Numbered from the stretch's first letter, positions 1 through 9,835 are shown. The stretch: 64,000 bases of DNA from Candidatus Magasanikiibacteriota bacterium (GCA_041678665.1 JBAYNU010000002.1:5039-69038), one strand, 5' to 3'. Notes: generated by a model from the sequence alone, not told the origin. Program-made: numbers and translations.

Positions 1-1359
1 TTGCCCAGAGCCAACAATTGGTGGGGGCCAGCGGGACAAACCGGACCATGCGGGCCTGATACGGAGATGTTTTATTGGAAAGGGGATACCGAATTTCCGC
101 CGGAGAATAGCAATCCCCAAACCGATGAAGATAATTGGTTGGAAATTTGGAACGATGTTTTCATGGAATATAATAAAACTGCGGATGGAAAGTATGAATC
201 ATTGGCAAAAAAGAATGTTGATACCGGCATGGGCTTGGAGCGAACTTTGGTGGTATTGAATGGTTTTGTTGATGTCTTTCAAATTGACACTTTTTGGCCA
301 TTGATTCAGAAAATTGAAGAAGTTTCCGGGCGTGAATATATTGAAAATATCAATATTACCAAGGCTATGCGTGTAATTGCCGATCATATTCGCACTGCCA
401 CCATGATTATGGGTGATGATCGCAAAATCGCGCCGTCCAATGTTGACCAGGGCTATATTGTGCGTCGGTTGGTTCGCCGCGCCGTGCGTTATGGCCGCGA
501 ACTGGGGCTTAAAGAAAATTTTTGTTCGCAGGTAGCCGAAGAAGTCATCAAAATTTTTGCCGATGTTTACCCGGAAATAGAGCGCAACCGCGAATTTATT
601 TTGGTAGAAATAGCCAAAGAGGAAAGTAAGTTTAGAAATACTTTAGAAAAGGGAATTAAAGAATTTGACAAATTAACAATTAACAATAAACAATTAACAA
701 TAACGGCAACGCAGGTTTTTGATTTGTATCAGAGTTATGGTTTTCCAGTTGAAATGACAGTGGAGTTGACCGAAGAGAGGGGATTGAAAGTAGATGTAAA
801 GGGATTTAAAGAAGAAATGAAAAAACACCAGGAACTATCCCGTGCCGGAGCTGAACAAAAATTTAAAGGCGGTTTGGCTGACCACGGCGAGATGTCAGTG
901 AAGTATCATACTGCTTGTCATTTGTTACTGGCGGCTTTGCGAGCGGTATTAGGCGAGCATGTAATACAGCGGGGGAGTAATATTACTGCCCAGCGCCTGC
1001 GTTTTGATTTTTCTCACCCGGAGAAAATGACCGATGATCAAAAAAAACGTGTAGAAGAGTTGGTTAATTATGCTATTACTCATGATTATCCGGTGGATTG
1101 CGCGGAAATGACCGTGCCCGAGGCCAAAACACTCGGCGCTATGGGCGTATTTGAAGATCGTTATGGCGCTAAGGTAAAAGTATATTCGGTGGGTGACCCC
1201 CAAACCGCGCCCGCCGCTCATGAAAATTCTCTCACTTTTTCCAAAGAAATTTGCGGCGGACCCCACGTAGAGCATACCGGCGTGTTGGGTAAATTTAGAA
1301 TAAGTAAAGAAGAATCCGTAAGCGCGGGAGTGCGGCGCATTAAAGCGATTTTAGAATAA
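1..1359 (+). CDS. alaS: Alanine--tRNA ligase, 5'-truncated by window edge; short form ending after the editing domain
   Basis: GPCGPDTE, EIWNDVFM, DTGMGLER, DHIR, HTACH and CGGPH editing motifs; ends GVRRIKAILE. Confidence 0.97.
   Translation: MPRANNWWGPAGQTGPCGPDTEMFYWKGDTEFPPENSNPQTDEDNWLEIWNDVFMEYNKTADGKYESLAKKNVDTGMGLERTLVVLNGFVDVFQIDTFWPLIQKIEEVSGREYIENINITKAMRVIADHIRTATMIMGDDRKIAPSNVDQGYIVRRLVRRAVRYGRELGLKENFCSQVAEEVIKIFADVYPEIERNREFILVEIAKEESKFRNTLEKGIKEFDKLTINNKQLTITATQVFDLYQSYGFPVEMTVELTEERGLKVDVKGFKEEMKKHQELSRAGAEQKFKGGLADHGEMSVKYHTACHLLLAALRAVLGEHVIQRGSNITAQRLRFDFSHPEKMTDDQKKRVEELVNYAITHDYPVDCAEMTVPEAKTLGAMGVFEDRYGAKVKVYSVGDPQTAPAAHENSLTFSKEICGGPHVEHTGVLGKFRISKEESVSAGVRRIKAILE
671..704 (+). 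repeat. Heptamer array (AATTAAC family) translated inside AlaS
   Basis: aattaac aattaac aataaac aattaac aataac = peptide [12 protein letters not shown]; 29/30 identical to 55329-55358. Confidence 0.85.
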
Positions 1360-1370
1360 TTTTTTTTAAA

Positions 1371-1820
1371 ATGTTTTCAAAGTTACTTGATTTTTTTTGG
1401 TCTTTGCGGAAACAGTTTTTAAAGTACGCCATTACTGGCGGGTCGGCGTTTATTTTGGACATGGGTACTTTGGTACTGTTTAAAGAAATATTTCATCTGC
1501 GTCCGGTGGTGGCGGTAATCATAAATCAGCCGATTGCTTTAATTTATGTCTTTCTTTTAAATAAATTTTGGACTTTTAAATCATCAGGGAAAATTCACCA
1601 TCAAGTTATCAAATTTCTCGCGCTCTACGCCGGTAATTACTTGTTTGCTATCATTTGGATGTGGTTATTTTCGGAAAAATTAGGATGGCATTATCTAGCA
1701 ATACGCATGGCTAATATCATTTTAGCGGTTAGCTGGAATTTTCTTTTATATAAGTATTGGATCTATCGAGAGACCCCTGTTAATAACCGAGCGTTTATAC
1801 CTATTGACAAAATAATTTAA
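1371..1820 (+). CDS. GtrA-family 4-TM membrane protein
   Basis: FLKYAITGG, FLLNKFWTF, WNFLLYKYWIY pattern typical of GtrA. Confidence 0.85.
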   Translation: MFSKLLDFFWSLRKQFLKYAITGGSAFILDMGTLVLFKEIFHLRPVVAVIINQPIALIYVFLLNKFWTFKSSGKIHHQVIKFLALYAGNYLFAIIWMWLFSEKLGWHYLAIRMANIILAVSWNFLLYKYWIYRETPVNNRAFIPIDKII

Positions 1821-1832
1821 TTTAGGTATTAT
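1804..1832 (+). promoter_or_regulatory. sigma70 promoter for the infA-rpsI block
   Basis: TTGACA 1804-1809, 17 nt, TATTAT 1827-1832. Confidence 0.6.
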
Positions 1833-1852
1833 ATACCGCATAACATTTTATC

Positions 1853-2071
1853 ATGGTTAGTAAACAAGACATCATCGAACTTAAGGGTAAAATCACCGAG
1901 CTTTTGCCGGCTGGGACGTTTCGAGTGGAGCTCGAAAGTGGACAAGCAATTGTTGCTCATTTATCGGGTAAAATGCGTCTCAATAAAATTCGGTTATCAA
2001 TTGGAGACCAGGTAAAAGTAGAAATGACGCCTTACGATTTAACCAAAGGGCGAATAAATTATCGGTTCTAA
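1853..2071 (+). CDS. infA: Translation initiation factor IF-1
   Basis: [26 protein letters not shown]. Confidence 0.98.
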   Translation: MVSKQDIIELKGKITELLPAGTFRVELESGQAIVAHLSGKMRLNKIRLSIGDQVKVEMTPYDLTKGRINYRF

Positions 2072-2086
2072 CAAATTATTTAACAC

Positions 2087-2171
2087 AATATCAACCAGTG
2101 CGGTGTAGTCTCAATTTAGGGCCTTATGTCCAAGCGAGACGTGGATATCGCGGCAGTGGTTGGTGTTTTTT
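2087..2171 (+). ncRNA. Candidate long irregular hairpin RNA or structured terminator between infA and rpmJ
   Basis: Nested stems 2087-2097/2157-2167, 2099-2106/2145-2152, 2108-2112/2136-2140, 2119-2122/2128-2131, several G-U pairs, then a T run. Confidence 0.4.
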
Positions 2172-2253
2172 GATTACAATAATGCTAATAGCTAATAATT
2201 AACGTACTTATTAGTTTTGTACCATTAAATAATAAGTATAATTCTCGCATTTT

Positions 2254-2367
2254 ATGAAAGTTCAAGCATCTGTAAAAAAGATTTGCGCCAAGTGCCAAGT
2301 AGTGCGCCGCCAAGGTCGGGTGCGTGTTATTTGCGTTAATCCCAAACACAAACAAAGACAAGGATAA
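2254..2367 (+). CDS. rpmJ: 50S ribosomal protein L36 (absent from the ORF track)
   Basis: Hand translation [37 protein letters not shown]; canonical position between infA and rpsM. Confidence 0.97.
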   Translation: MKVQASVKKICAKCQVVRRQGRVRVICVNPKHKQRQG

Positions 2368-2395
2368 AAATTCTAATCTATAAATTTTCAATATT

Positions 2396-2782
2396 ATGCG
2401 TATTGCTGGTATCAACATTCCTAAGGAGAAAAAAATCTTATATTCTTTGCCTTATATTTACGGTATTGGGCCAACTTTAGCCGCCAAAGTTCTTAAAGCT
2501 GCCGGCCTTGATGGTAATATCCGCACCAAAGATCTAAGTAGCGAGCAGGAAGATAAATTACGCGCTATTGTAGAAAAAGGCTACAAAACTGAAGGCGACT
2601 TACGTCGTGAAATTATGGCTAATATTAAACGGATGAAAGATATTAAATGCTATCGTGGTGTTCGTCACATGAAGCATTTGCCGGTACATGGTCAGCGTAC
2701 CAAAACCAATTCACGCACAGTGCGTGGTAACGTGCGCAAAACTGCCACTTCCGGTAAAAAATTGTCTACTCAAAAAACCTAG
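2396..2782 (+). CDS. rpsM: 30S ribosomal protein S13
   Basis: RIAGINIP, IYGIG, YRGVRH, GQRTKTNSRT. Confidence 0.98.
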   Translation: MRIAGINIPKEKKILYSLPYIYGIGPTLAAKVLKAAGLDGNIRTKDLSSEQEDKLRAIVEKGYKTEGDLRREIMANIKRMKDIKCYRGVRHMKHLPVHGQRTKTNSRTVRGNVRKTATSGKKLSTQKT

Positions 2783-2827
2783 CATCACGATTTTTTATAC
2801 TAATCATACGAACCAATTAATAAATTT

Positions 2828-3259
2828 ATGACAGAAGAGCAAAAAAAACCAAATGAGCCCATCGTCAAAAAAGAGGCTGAAGTAAAAACTAAAAAGAAAA
2901 AAGTTGTTAAGCAAATACCCCGTGGCAACGCCTATATTCAAGCTACTTATAACAACACCATCGTTACTATTACCGATCCCAATGGCAATGCTTTGGCTTG
3001 GTCTTCAGCCGGCATCGCCGGTTTTAAAGGACCAAAAAAGGCTACTCCTTATGCGGCTAGTATGGTGGTCAAAGCGGTGGCAGATAAAGTAGCTCCTTAT
3101 GGAATCAAAGAAGTTTGCGTATTTATTAAAGGTATTGGTGGCGGGCGCGAGGGAGCGATTCGTGCTTTTAATATTAATGGTTTAAATGTGGTGGCTATCA
3201 ACGAAGTTACGCCGATCCCGCACAATGGTTGTCGACCGCCCAAACGTCGTCGCGTATAA
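2828..3259 (+). CDS. rpsK: 30S ribosomal protein S11
   Basis: [39 protein letters not shown]. Confidence 0.98.
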   Translation: MTEEQKKPNEPIVKKEAEVKTKKKKVVKQIPRGNAYIQATYNNTIVTITDPNGNALAWSSAGIAGFKGPKKATPYAASMVVKAVADKVAPYGIKEVCVFIKGIGGGREGAIRAFNINGLNVVAINEVTPIPHNGCRPPKRRRV

Positions 3260-3277
3260 AGTTATAATTATTTTATT

Positions 3278-3904
3278 ATGTCTAAAGTTTACGATTCAAT
3301 TTGTTCTCAATGCCGCCGCGCCGGTCAGAAGTTATTTTTAAAAGGAGAGAAGTGTTTAGGGCCAAAATGTCCGATGATTAAAAGAAATTTTATTCCCGGA
3401 CAGCATGGTCCGACCGCCAGAAATAAAAAGTTATCTGGCTACGGCAAACAACTCCGCGAAAAGCAACAAGCCAAAAAAATGTATGGCTTGCGCGAAAAAC
3501 AATTTGCCAATTACGTATCCGAAGCTTCGCGAAAAACCGGTGATACCAGTAAATATTTTGTTACTTATTTGGAATCACGTTTGGACAATGCGGTATTTCG
3601 CATGGGCTTGGTAACGTCTCGTTCAGCTGCGCGCCAATTGGTTAGCCATGGCAATATCACTGTTAACGGTAAAAAAGTAGATATTCCATCTTACCGTGTT
3701 TCCGTCGGAGAAGAGATTGCCCTCAAAGAAAGCATGAAAAGCAGAAAATTGTTTGAAAATATTTTTGAACGACTGTCTAAGATAGAAGCGCCGTCATGGA
3801 TGCATGTTGATGCTAAAAAGGTATCTTTTAAAGTGTTAAATACCCCAACTTTAGATAGCGCGCCATTTAACTCCAAAGCCATCATCGAGTTTTATTCTCG
3901 TTAG
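3278..3904 (+). CDS. rpsD: 30S ribosomal protein S4 (Zn-binding type)
   Basis: CSQCRR...KC, QLREKQ, LESRLDN, ARQLVSHG, IIEFYSR. Confidence 0.98.
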   Translation: MSKVYDSICSQCRRAGQKLFLKGEKCLGPKCPMIKRNFIPGQHGPTARNKKLSGYGKQLREKQQAKKMYGLREKQFANYVSEASRKTGDTSKYFVTYLESRLDNAVFRMGLVTSRSAARQLVSHGNITVNGKKVDIPSYRVSVGEEIALKESMKSRKLFENIFERLSKIEAPSWMHVDAKKVSFKVLNTPTLDSAPFNSKAIIEFYSR

Positions 3905-4013
3905 TAATTTTCGCTTTTTTGTGGATCAATTTTGTCAATATATCTAAAGATATATACTCATTCGTTCGGAAAAGATTAAACACATTTAATCTTTTCTCTC
4001 ACTTATATCGTAT

Positions 4014-4853
4014 ATGGAAAACCTGCTTCTGCCATCCAAAGTGGAATTTATGGAGGGGGCCACTCCAAATTCCAGCACGGTAATTATCACTCCGTGTTTT
4101 CATGGTTACGGCACCACTTTAGGCAACAGTTTGCGCAGAGTTTTGTTGTCTTCTTTACCGGGAGCAGCCGTTGAAGCTTTCAAAATTAAAGGCGTACAGC
4201 ATGAGTTTAGCACTGTAGAAGGTGTTAAAGAAGATTTGGTAGAAATAATGTTGAATCTCAAGCAAATGGCTGTTAAGGTTTTTACTGATGAGCCGGTAGT
4301 CATTTCTTTAACTAAAAAAGGACCGGGCAAAGTTACTGCTAAGGATTTTGCTCCCAATGCCAATGCTGAAATTTTTTCCAAAGATTTGGTAATTGCCAAT
4401 TTAACTTCCAATAAAACTTTAGAAATGGAAATAATTGTAGGTAAAGGACGAGGATTTAGACCGGTAGAAGAGAAGGACCGTAAAAATTATGATTTAGGCA
4501 CTATAGTAATCGACTCTATTTATACTCCAATTCGCGACGTCGGATATAAGGTAGAATATACCCGCATGGGCGATATTACTAACTACGAAAAACTAGTTTT
4601 GAATATAGAAACCAACGGCACTATTTCGCCTTCCGAAGCCTTGCATCAAGCCACCCAAATTTTAATGGATCATTTTACTATTGTTTTGGATTCGGTAAAA
4701 GATAACATTACCACCGCAAAATTTAACACTGTTAAAGAAGCAAAGGTAGTAGTTGAGAATAATGTGGAAGAAAAAGAGGAAAAAGTTTCCAAAGCTAAAA
4801 TCAAAAAAGAAAAAATCATTAAGGAAAAAGTTAAAAAATCTAAGAAAAAATAA
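4014..4853 (+). CDS. rpoA: RNA polymerase alpha subunit lacking a recognisable alphaCTD
   Basis: GYGTTLGNSLRRVLLSSLPG, HEFSTVEGVKED, IETNGTISP; Lys/Glu-rich tail. Confidence 0.96.
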   Translation: MENLLLPSKVEFMEGATPNSSTVIITPCFHGYGTTLGNSLRRVLLSSLPGAAVEAFKIKGVQHEFSTVEGVKEDLVEIMLNLKQMAVKVFTDEPVVISLTKKGPGKVTAKDFAPNANAEIFSKDLVIANLTSNKTLEMEIIVGKGRGFRPVEEKDRKNYDLGTIVIDSIYTPIRDVGYKVEYTRMGDITNYEKLVLNIETNGTISPSEALHQATQILMDHFTIVLDSVKDNITTAKFNTVKEAKVVVENNVEEKEEKVSKAKIKKEKIIKEKVKKSKKK

Positions 4854-4876
4854 TTGTAAAATAATATTTTTGTATT

Positions 4877-5227
4877 ATGAGACATCAAATGAAGAAAGTT
4901 ACTCTGGATCGTAAAGCTGCGCCGCGTCGAGCTCTTCTTTGTGGTCTGGTGTCCAGTTTGGTTTTATACGAAAAAATTACTACTACCAAAGCTAAAGCTA
5001 AAGCGATTAAACCGCTTATAGAAAAAGCAATTACCAAGGCTAAGAAAAATGATCTTGCGAATCGCCGTGCTTTATTGGCTCAACTGCATGCTAAAAATGT
5101 AGTTAGTAAACTCATAGAGGTTTTGGGGCCACGTTATACCACTCGTCAGGGTGGTTATACCCGCATTGTTAATTTGGGTAATCGCAAAGGCGATGGCGCG
5201 CAAGAGGTGGTAATAGAATTTGTTTAA
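4877..5227 (+). CDS. rplQ: 50S ribosomal protein L17
   Basis: MRH, ITTTKAKAK, RQGGYTRIV, RKGDGA. Confidence 0.98.
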   Translation: MRHQMKKVTLDRKAAPRRALLCGLVSSLVLYEKITTTKAKAKAIKPLIEKAITKAKKNDLANRRALLAQLHAKNVVSKLIEVLGPRYTTRQGGYTRIVNLGNRKGDGAQEVVIEFV

Positions 5228-5245
5228 AAGGGTAAATTTAATCTT

Positions 5246-5596
5246 ATGTCAAAACGAAAAACCATAAAAATTGATGCCCTCGGTCAAGTGCCGGGTAGGT
5301 TGGCCACTCAAATCGCCACTATTCTTATGGGCAAAGACAAAGCAACTTATGCCCCGCATCTTGACGCAGGTAGCATCGTAAAAATTGCCAACGTTGGTAA
5401 AGTAAAATTTACCGGAAAAAAGATAGATCAAAAATTATATCGTCATCACTCCAATCATCCGGGTGGTCTCAAAGAGATTCCCGCTAAAAAAATGTTGGCT
5501 GAAAATCCAGAGCGTATTATTATTAGAGCAGTGGAAAAAATGTTGCCAAAAAATAAATTACGCGATCTTAGAATGGCACGCTTAAAATTTGAATAA
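5246..5596 (+). CDS. rplM: 50S ribosomal protein L13 (short, 116 aa)
   Basis: IDA..GRLA, GKDKATYAPH, HSNHPGGLK, MLPKNKL. Confidence 0.95.
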   Translation: MSKRKTIKIDALGQVPGRLATQIATILMGKDKATYAPHLDAGSIVKIANVGKVKFTGKKIDQKLYRHHSNHPGGLKEIPAKKMLAENPERIIIRAVEKMLPKNKLRDLRMARLKFE

Positions 5597-5626
5597 ACCA
5601 TTTTATTTCACTCATTCATTTCGACT

Positions 5627-6034
5627 ATGACTAAAATAAATAAGAACCCGTCAGTTTTTAGAGCCGTGGGACGACGTAAAACCGCCAGTGCTCGTGTTAA
5701 AATTGACAAAGGCAGTGGTAAAATCATCGTCAACGGCGTAGATTACAAAATATATTTTCCTCATTTTGAGCTGAATGAGTCAGTGTTGGCTCCTTTGAAG
5801 GCGGTAGGAAAAGAAAAAGATCTAGATGTGTCAGCAAAAGTTTCTGGCGGTGGCAAGAAAGGTCAAGCCACTGCTGTTCAACATGGGATTGCGCGTGTTT
5901 TGGTGATTTGGAATGATGAATTTCATAAGACTCTCAAAACACAAGGGTATCTTACTCGCGATCCTAGATCAAAAGAACGAAAGAAATTTGGTCTCAAAAA
6001 AGCCCGACGCGCACCACAGTGGTCGAAGCGGTAA
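5627..6034 (+). CDS. rpsI: 30S ribosomal protein S9
   Basis: GRRKTASARV, GGGKKGQA, ERKKFGLKKARRAPQWSKR. Confidence 0.98.
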   Translation: MTKINKNPSVFRAVGRRKTASARVKIDKGSGKIIVNGVDYKIYFPHFELNESVLAPLKAVGKEKDLDVSAKVSGGGKKGQATAVQHGIARVLVIWNDEFHKTLKTQGYLTRDPRSKERKKFGLKKARRAPQWSKR

Positions 6035-6050
6035 AAAATATTTTCAAATT

Positions 6051-6074
6051 CACCCCTTACCAAAGGGGTGTTTT
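6051..6074 (+). terminator. Intrinsic terminator after rpsI
   Basis: cacccctt-acca-aaggggtg followed by tttt. Confidence 0.7.
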
Positions 6075-6155
6075 GATATTGACATGCGGTTACTTTCGTG
6101 CTACTGTATTTTTGGTTTCTTTCGATACTAACTTTGAAAAATCATGGAGGGTGTT

Positions 6156-6599
6156 ATGAAACAACAGCTGTTGATTCTGACGACGGCAGAGGAGAAGGCT
6201 GATCGGTTGAACCCCTTTCTCGGCTACTTGGCGAGATTCTTTGAGAGGCTGATATTTGCTTACGAAGAAGATGCCGCCAAGATTTCCCTGGCCGAGCGGC
6301 CGGATATGGTGTTATTTTTCTTCTTTGAATCCTCGCCGTACCAGGATCCCGAGTTCGCTCAAGGATGGAAGTGGCATACCATCGACCTGCTGAGGTGGAT
6401 ACGGAAGGGAGAGCAAGGGGAATGGGGACTCCATGTCCCTGTAGCCGTGATTAGGCACGAGGCCGGTCACGACCGGTGGGAAGATCAAATCACGGGAGAA
6501 TTGGGAAACTTTCTTCCCCCCGGGTTTATTCTCACCACCTCCGCTGGAGGGAACACGGCAGAAGAAATTCTTGCCATGCTGAATTCAATCCTCAAATAG
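6156..6599 (+). CDS. Orphan with degenerate response-regulator receiver-like pattern
   Basis: ERPDMVLFF...IDLLRWIR...HVPVAVI; GGAGG SD before ATG 6156; TTGACA at 6079; looks GC-richer than its neighbours. Confidence 0.55.
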   Translation: MKQQLLILTTAEEKADRLNPFLGYLARFFERLIFAYEEDAAKISLAERPDMVLFFFFESSPYQDPEFAQGWKWHTIDLLRWIRKGEQGEWGLHVPVAVIRHEAGHDRWEDQITGELGNFLPPGFILTTSAGGNTAEEILAMLNSILK

Positions 6600-6622
6600 C
6601 AAGTACACGGTGATTGCCAGCC

Positions 6623-6651
6623 ACCGGGCGTTCATAGCGCCCGGTTTTTTT
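6623..6651 (+). terminator. Intrinsic terminator after the orphan
   Basis: accgggcg/cgcccggt stem followed by a T run. Confidence 0.75.
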
Positions 6652-6687
6652 GTTGTCAAAATAGCGGAAAAAAGGTATAATTTTATC

Positions 6688-8118
6688 ATGTCCTACACCG
6701 TCGCCCAAAACACCTCCTTTCTAACCATTGCTTCGGTTTTACAAAAAGCCATTTCTTTTGTTTATTTTACCATCATCGCACGCCTGATTGGAGTAGAGAA
6801 CACCGGCGTGTATTTTTTTGCCATTGCTTTTACCAGTATTTTTTCCGTGGTGGCGGATTTTGGTTTGGCTTCGGTGCTCACGCGCGAACTGGCCAAAGAC
6901 CAAGGGCGTTCGCAATCGTATATCAATACCATCCTTTGGTCAAAAATTATTTTTGGTTTGGTGGCCTACGCGCTCATAGCGGTGGCCGTCAACATTTTAA
7001 ATTATCCCACTATCCTCAAAGACCTCGTTTACCTGTCCGGCATTACCATGTTTTTTGACAACTTGCACATGGTGTTTTACAGCGTATTTCGAGCGCACCG
7101 CAATTTGGTTTATGAAGCCATCGGGCTGGTCGGATCGCAAGTACTCACTCTCGTTATCGGTACGGTGGCGCTATTTGGCGGGGGAGCACTCTACTGGCTT
7201 ATTTTGGCCTACACCATTCCCGCCATCATCAACGCCGTTTATTCCGGATTTTTCGCGCGCCGCAAATTCGCGTTGCGTTTCAGTTTTTATTTTGACCGCG
7301 CCGTATTCAAATTATTTTTTCTCATGGCCGTGCCGTTTGCCTTAGCCGGCATCATCACACGTCTGTATGCGTACAGCGATTCGCTTATCATGTCCAAATT
7401 GCTTTCCGCCCGAGAGCTGGGGTATTGGAGCGTGCCGTACAAAATCACTTTCGCCTTTCAATTTATCCCTATGGCGTTATCTGCCAGTATTTATCCGGCT
7501 TTTAGCGCGTTTTTCTTACATTCTCCTCATAAAATTTCCGATTTATTCGCCAAATCTTGGCGCTACCTGTTTACTATTGTTTTTCCATTAGTTATTGGCA
7601 TTATTGTTTTGGCCAAGCCGACAATTCATTTACTTTATACCCCAAGCTATAACGCGTCTGTTCCGGTTTTACAAATTTTAGTGGTTGGTTTAGTTTTTAT
7701 TTTTCTTAGTTTTGTTACCGGTGCTTTTCTCAACGCCACCAATCGCCAATCCATTCAGACTGCTTTGATGGCCATCGCTTTAGCCATCAATTTAGCTAGC
7801 AATATTATTTTGATTCCACGTTTTGGAATTATCGGCGCCGCCATCTCCGCTTTAATTAGTAATTTAATTTTGTGGTTAAGCGGGTATATTATCGTTCAAA
7901 AAATAGCCCGTATTAATAGCGGTGAAATTATAAAATATTTTTTACAAACATTTATTCCGGCGGTAGTAATGGGAACGGTGGTATATTATTTGAGTGCGCG
8001 CATCTATTTTATTTGGACCATACCGATAGGAGCGGTGGTATATTTTATATTACTGTTCTTAACCGGTGGAATAAATATTGGATTATTAGTAAAAAAGTTC
8101 AAAGATATTAAGTCTTAA
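6688..8118 (+). CDS. Wzx/MATE-like polysaccharide flippase
   Basis: VAQNT, DFGL...TRELAK, LGYWSVPYK, LIPRFGIIGAA; multi-TM; ATG start at 6688. Confidence 0.88.
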   Translation: MSYTVAQNTSFLTIASVLQKAISFVYFTIIARLIGVENTGVYFFAIAFTSIFSVVADFGLASVLTRELAKDQGRSQSYINTILWSKIIFGLVAYALIAVAVNILNYPTILKDLVYLSGITMFFDNLHMVFYSVFRAHRNLVYEAIGLVGSQVLTLVIGTVALFGGGALYWLILAYTIPAIINAVYSGFFARRKFALRFSFYFDRAVFKLFFLMAVPFALAGIITRLYAYSDSLIMSKLLSARELGYWSVPYKITFAFQFIPMALSASIYPAFSAFFLHSPHKISDLFAKSWRYLFTIVFPLVIGIIVLAKPTIHLLYTPSYNASVPVLQILVVGLVFIFLSFVTGAFLNATNRQSIQTALMAIALAINLASNIILIPRFGIIGAAISALISNLILWLSGYIIVQKIARINSGEIIKYFLQTFIPAVVMGTVVYYLSARIYFIWTIPIGAVVYFILLFLTGGINIGLLVKKFKDIKS

Positions 8119-8127
8119 ATTTTGATT

Positions 8128-9255
8128 ATGAAAACGCTCATTGTTACTTTGGAATACCCGCCTACGATTGGCGGAATTGCCAGTTATGCTTATAATTTTG
8201 CCAAACATCTTAACTCCGCCGAAACTATAATTTACGCCCCCCTAATTCAAGGAGCGAAACAGTTTGATGCGCAAAGTTCGCTTACGACTTATCGTCGTCG
8301 TCCTTTTTTTTGGATTATTTGGCCTCACTGGTTAAAATCTTTATGGCAAATTTGGCGGATTGTCAAAAAAGAAAAAATTGAAATAATCCACGTTCACCAT
8401 GTTTTACCGATGGGTTATATTGCTTATCTAATAAATAGATTTTTAAAGATACCTTACATTATTTTTTTGCATGGCAGTGATTTGCGTTTTGCCACCAGTA
8501 GTCAATTTAAACGAAAAAAATTTGGTTTTTTGTGTCGATCTGCTCAAAAAATTGTGGTTAATAGTCAATTTTCAGAAGCTCTGTTGAAATCCCTGGTAGA
8601 ACAATTGCCGACAGTGGAAGTGCTGTATCCTTGTCCAAGCGATGATTTTGTTGCTGCCACTTATTTGCCGGAAGAAATTAATAAAATAAAATCCCAGTTG
8701 GCTTTAAATGGAAAAAAAGTTATTATTTCCACCGCGCGTTTGGTAGAAAGAAAAGGGCATGCGTTGTTTATTCCGGCATTAATAAAAATTATTAAGGAAG
8801 TTCCTAACGCAGTTTGGTTAATAATTGGCGACGGTCCAGAAAAACCAACAATTGTTAGTTTCATTCAAAAAAATAATTTGCAAAGCGTGGTGCGTTTTTT
8901 ACCAAGTCAGCCACCTTCGGAAGTGGTCAAATTTTATCATTGCGCCGATGTTTTTGTTTTATTGACACACCAAGATAAAGACGGAGTGGACGAAGCTTGG
9001 GGGATAGTGTTTATGGAAGCCGCAGTCAGCGGATTGCCGGTGGTAGCCGGAAAATCAGGGGGGGTAGGGGAGGCGGTAGCCCATTTGTCTACCGGGTTAG
9101 TAATAGACGCTCACAATACCAATCTGGTAGCTACTTCAGTTATTGAATTGCTAAAAAATCCTGACTATGCCCATCAGATGGGGTCGGCCGGAAAAGAGCG
9201 AGTAAAAAATGAATTTACCTGGAAAAATCAAATGAAGAATTTCATTGAAAATTGA
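8128..9255 (+). CDS. GT4 glycosyltransferase (PimA/B-like)
   Basis: EYPPTIGGI, ARLVERKG, EAWGIVFMEAA-SGLPVV. Confidence 0.9.
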   Translation: MKTLIVTLEYPPTIGGIASYAYNFAKHLNSAETIIYAPLIQGAKQFDAQSSLTTYRRRPFFWIIWPHWLKSLWQIWRIVKKEKIEIIHVHHVLPMGYIAYLINRFLKIPYIIFLHGSDLRFATSSQFKRKKFGFLCRSAQKIVVNSQFSEALLKSLVEQLPTVEVLYPCPSDDFVAATYLPEEINKIKSQLALNGKKVIISTARLVERKGHALFIPALIKIIKEVPNAVWLIIGDGPEKPTIVSFIQKNNLQSVVRFLPSQPPSEVVKFYHCADVFVLLTHQDKDGVDEAWGIVFMEAAVSGLPVVAGKSGGVGEAVAHLSTGLVIDAHNTNLVATSVIELLKNPDYAHQMGSAGKERVKNEFTWKNQMKNFIEN

Positions 9256-9367
9256 GACTGTTTTATCGCGACCAATCTTATCCACAGGTTAAAATTGACC
9301 TAGATTTATTATGTGATATACTAAATTATAACTCACACGCGAGTTGTTTTTATTTGATTTATTTTTT

Positions 9368-9835
9368 ATGCAAGACGATCCCCAATATTTATCTGTTGAT
9401 AGTTTAGAAAATTTAAAGAAGGAGTATGAGCTTTTAAAGGTAAAAACTTTACCCGAAATTGCCAAGCGTATTGATGAAGCCAAGCAACAAGGCGATCTTT
9501 CGGAAAACGCCGAATATCATCAGGCGCGTGAAGATATGTCTTGGGCTAAAGGGCGTATGGATGAATTGGAATCTATCATCAATAACGCTCAAATTATCAC
9601 CAAAAGTTCTCAAAAACAGGGTAAAATTAATGTCGGTAGCACCATAGATATAAAAGTAGGTGACAACGAAAGAAAATACACGATTGTAGGGCAGCAAGAG
9701 GCCAACCCGTCCAAAGGCCTGATTTCCAATGAATCTCCCTTAGGAAGGGCATTTTTAGGCCATGAAGCAGGTGACGAGGTGGATGTGGTGGTCCCGGCAG
9801 GCAAGCAGACGTATCATATTATCAAAGTAAGCTAA
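9368..9835 (+). CDS. greA: Transcription elongation factor GreA
   Basis: GDLSENAEY, ISNESPLGRA; ATG at 9368. Confidence 0.97.
   Translation: MQDDPQYLSVDSLENLKKEYELLKVKTLPEIAKRIDEAKQQGDLSENAEYHQAREDMSWAKGRMDELESIINNAQIITKSSQKQGKINVGSTIDIKVGDNERKYTIVGQQEANPSKGLISNESPLGRAFLGHEAGDEVDVVVPAGKQTYHIIKVS

Noticed and set aside
2087-2167. tRNA or SRP RNA
   Set aside because: No cloverleaf, TTC T-loop or CCA end; no SRP helix-8 motif. Kept only as an unknown hairpin.
9278-9286. Perfect DnaA box TTATCCACA upstream of greA as an origin signal
   Set aside because: Isolated box with no cluster and no dnaA/dnaN nearby; another copy lies inside atpC, so chance is plausible.
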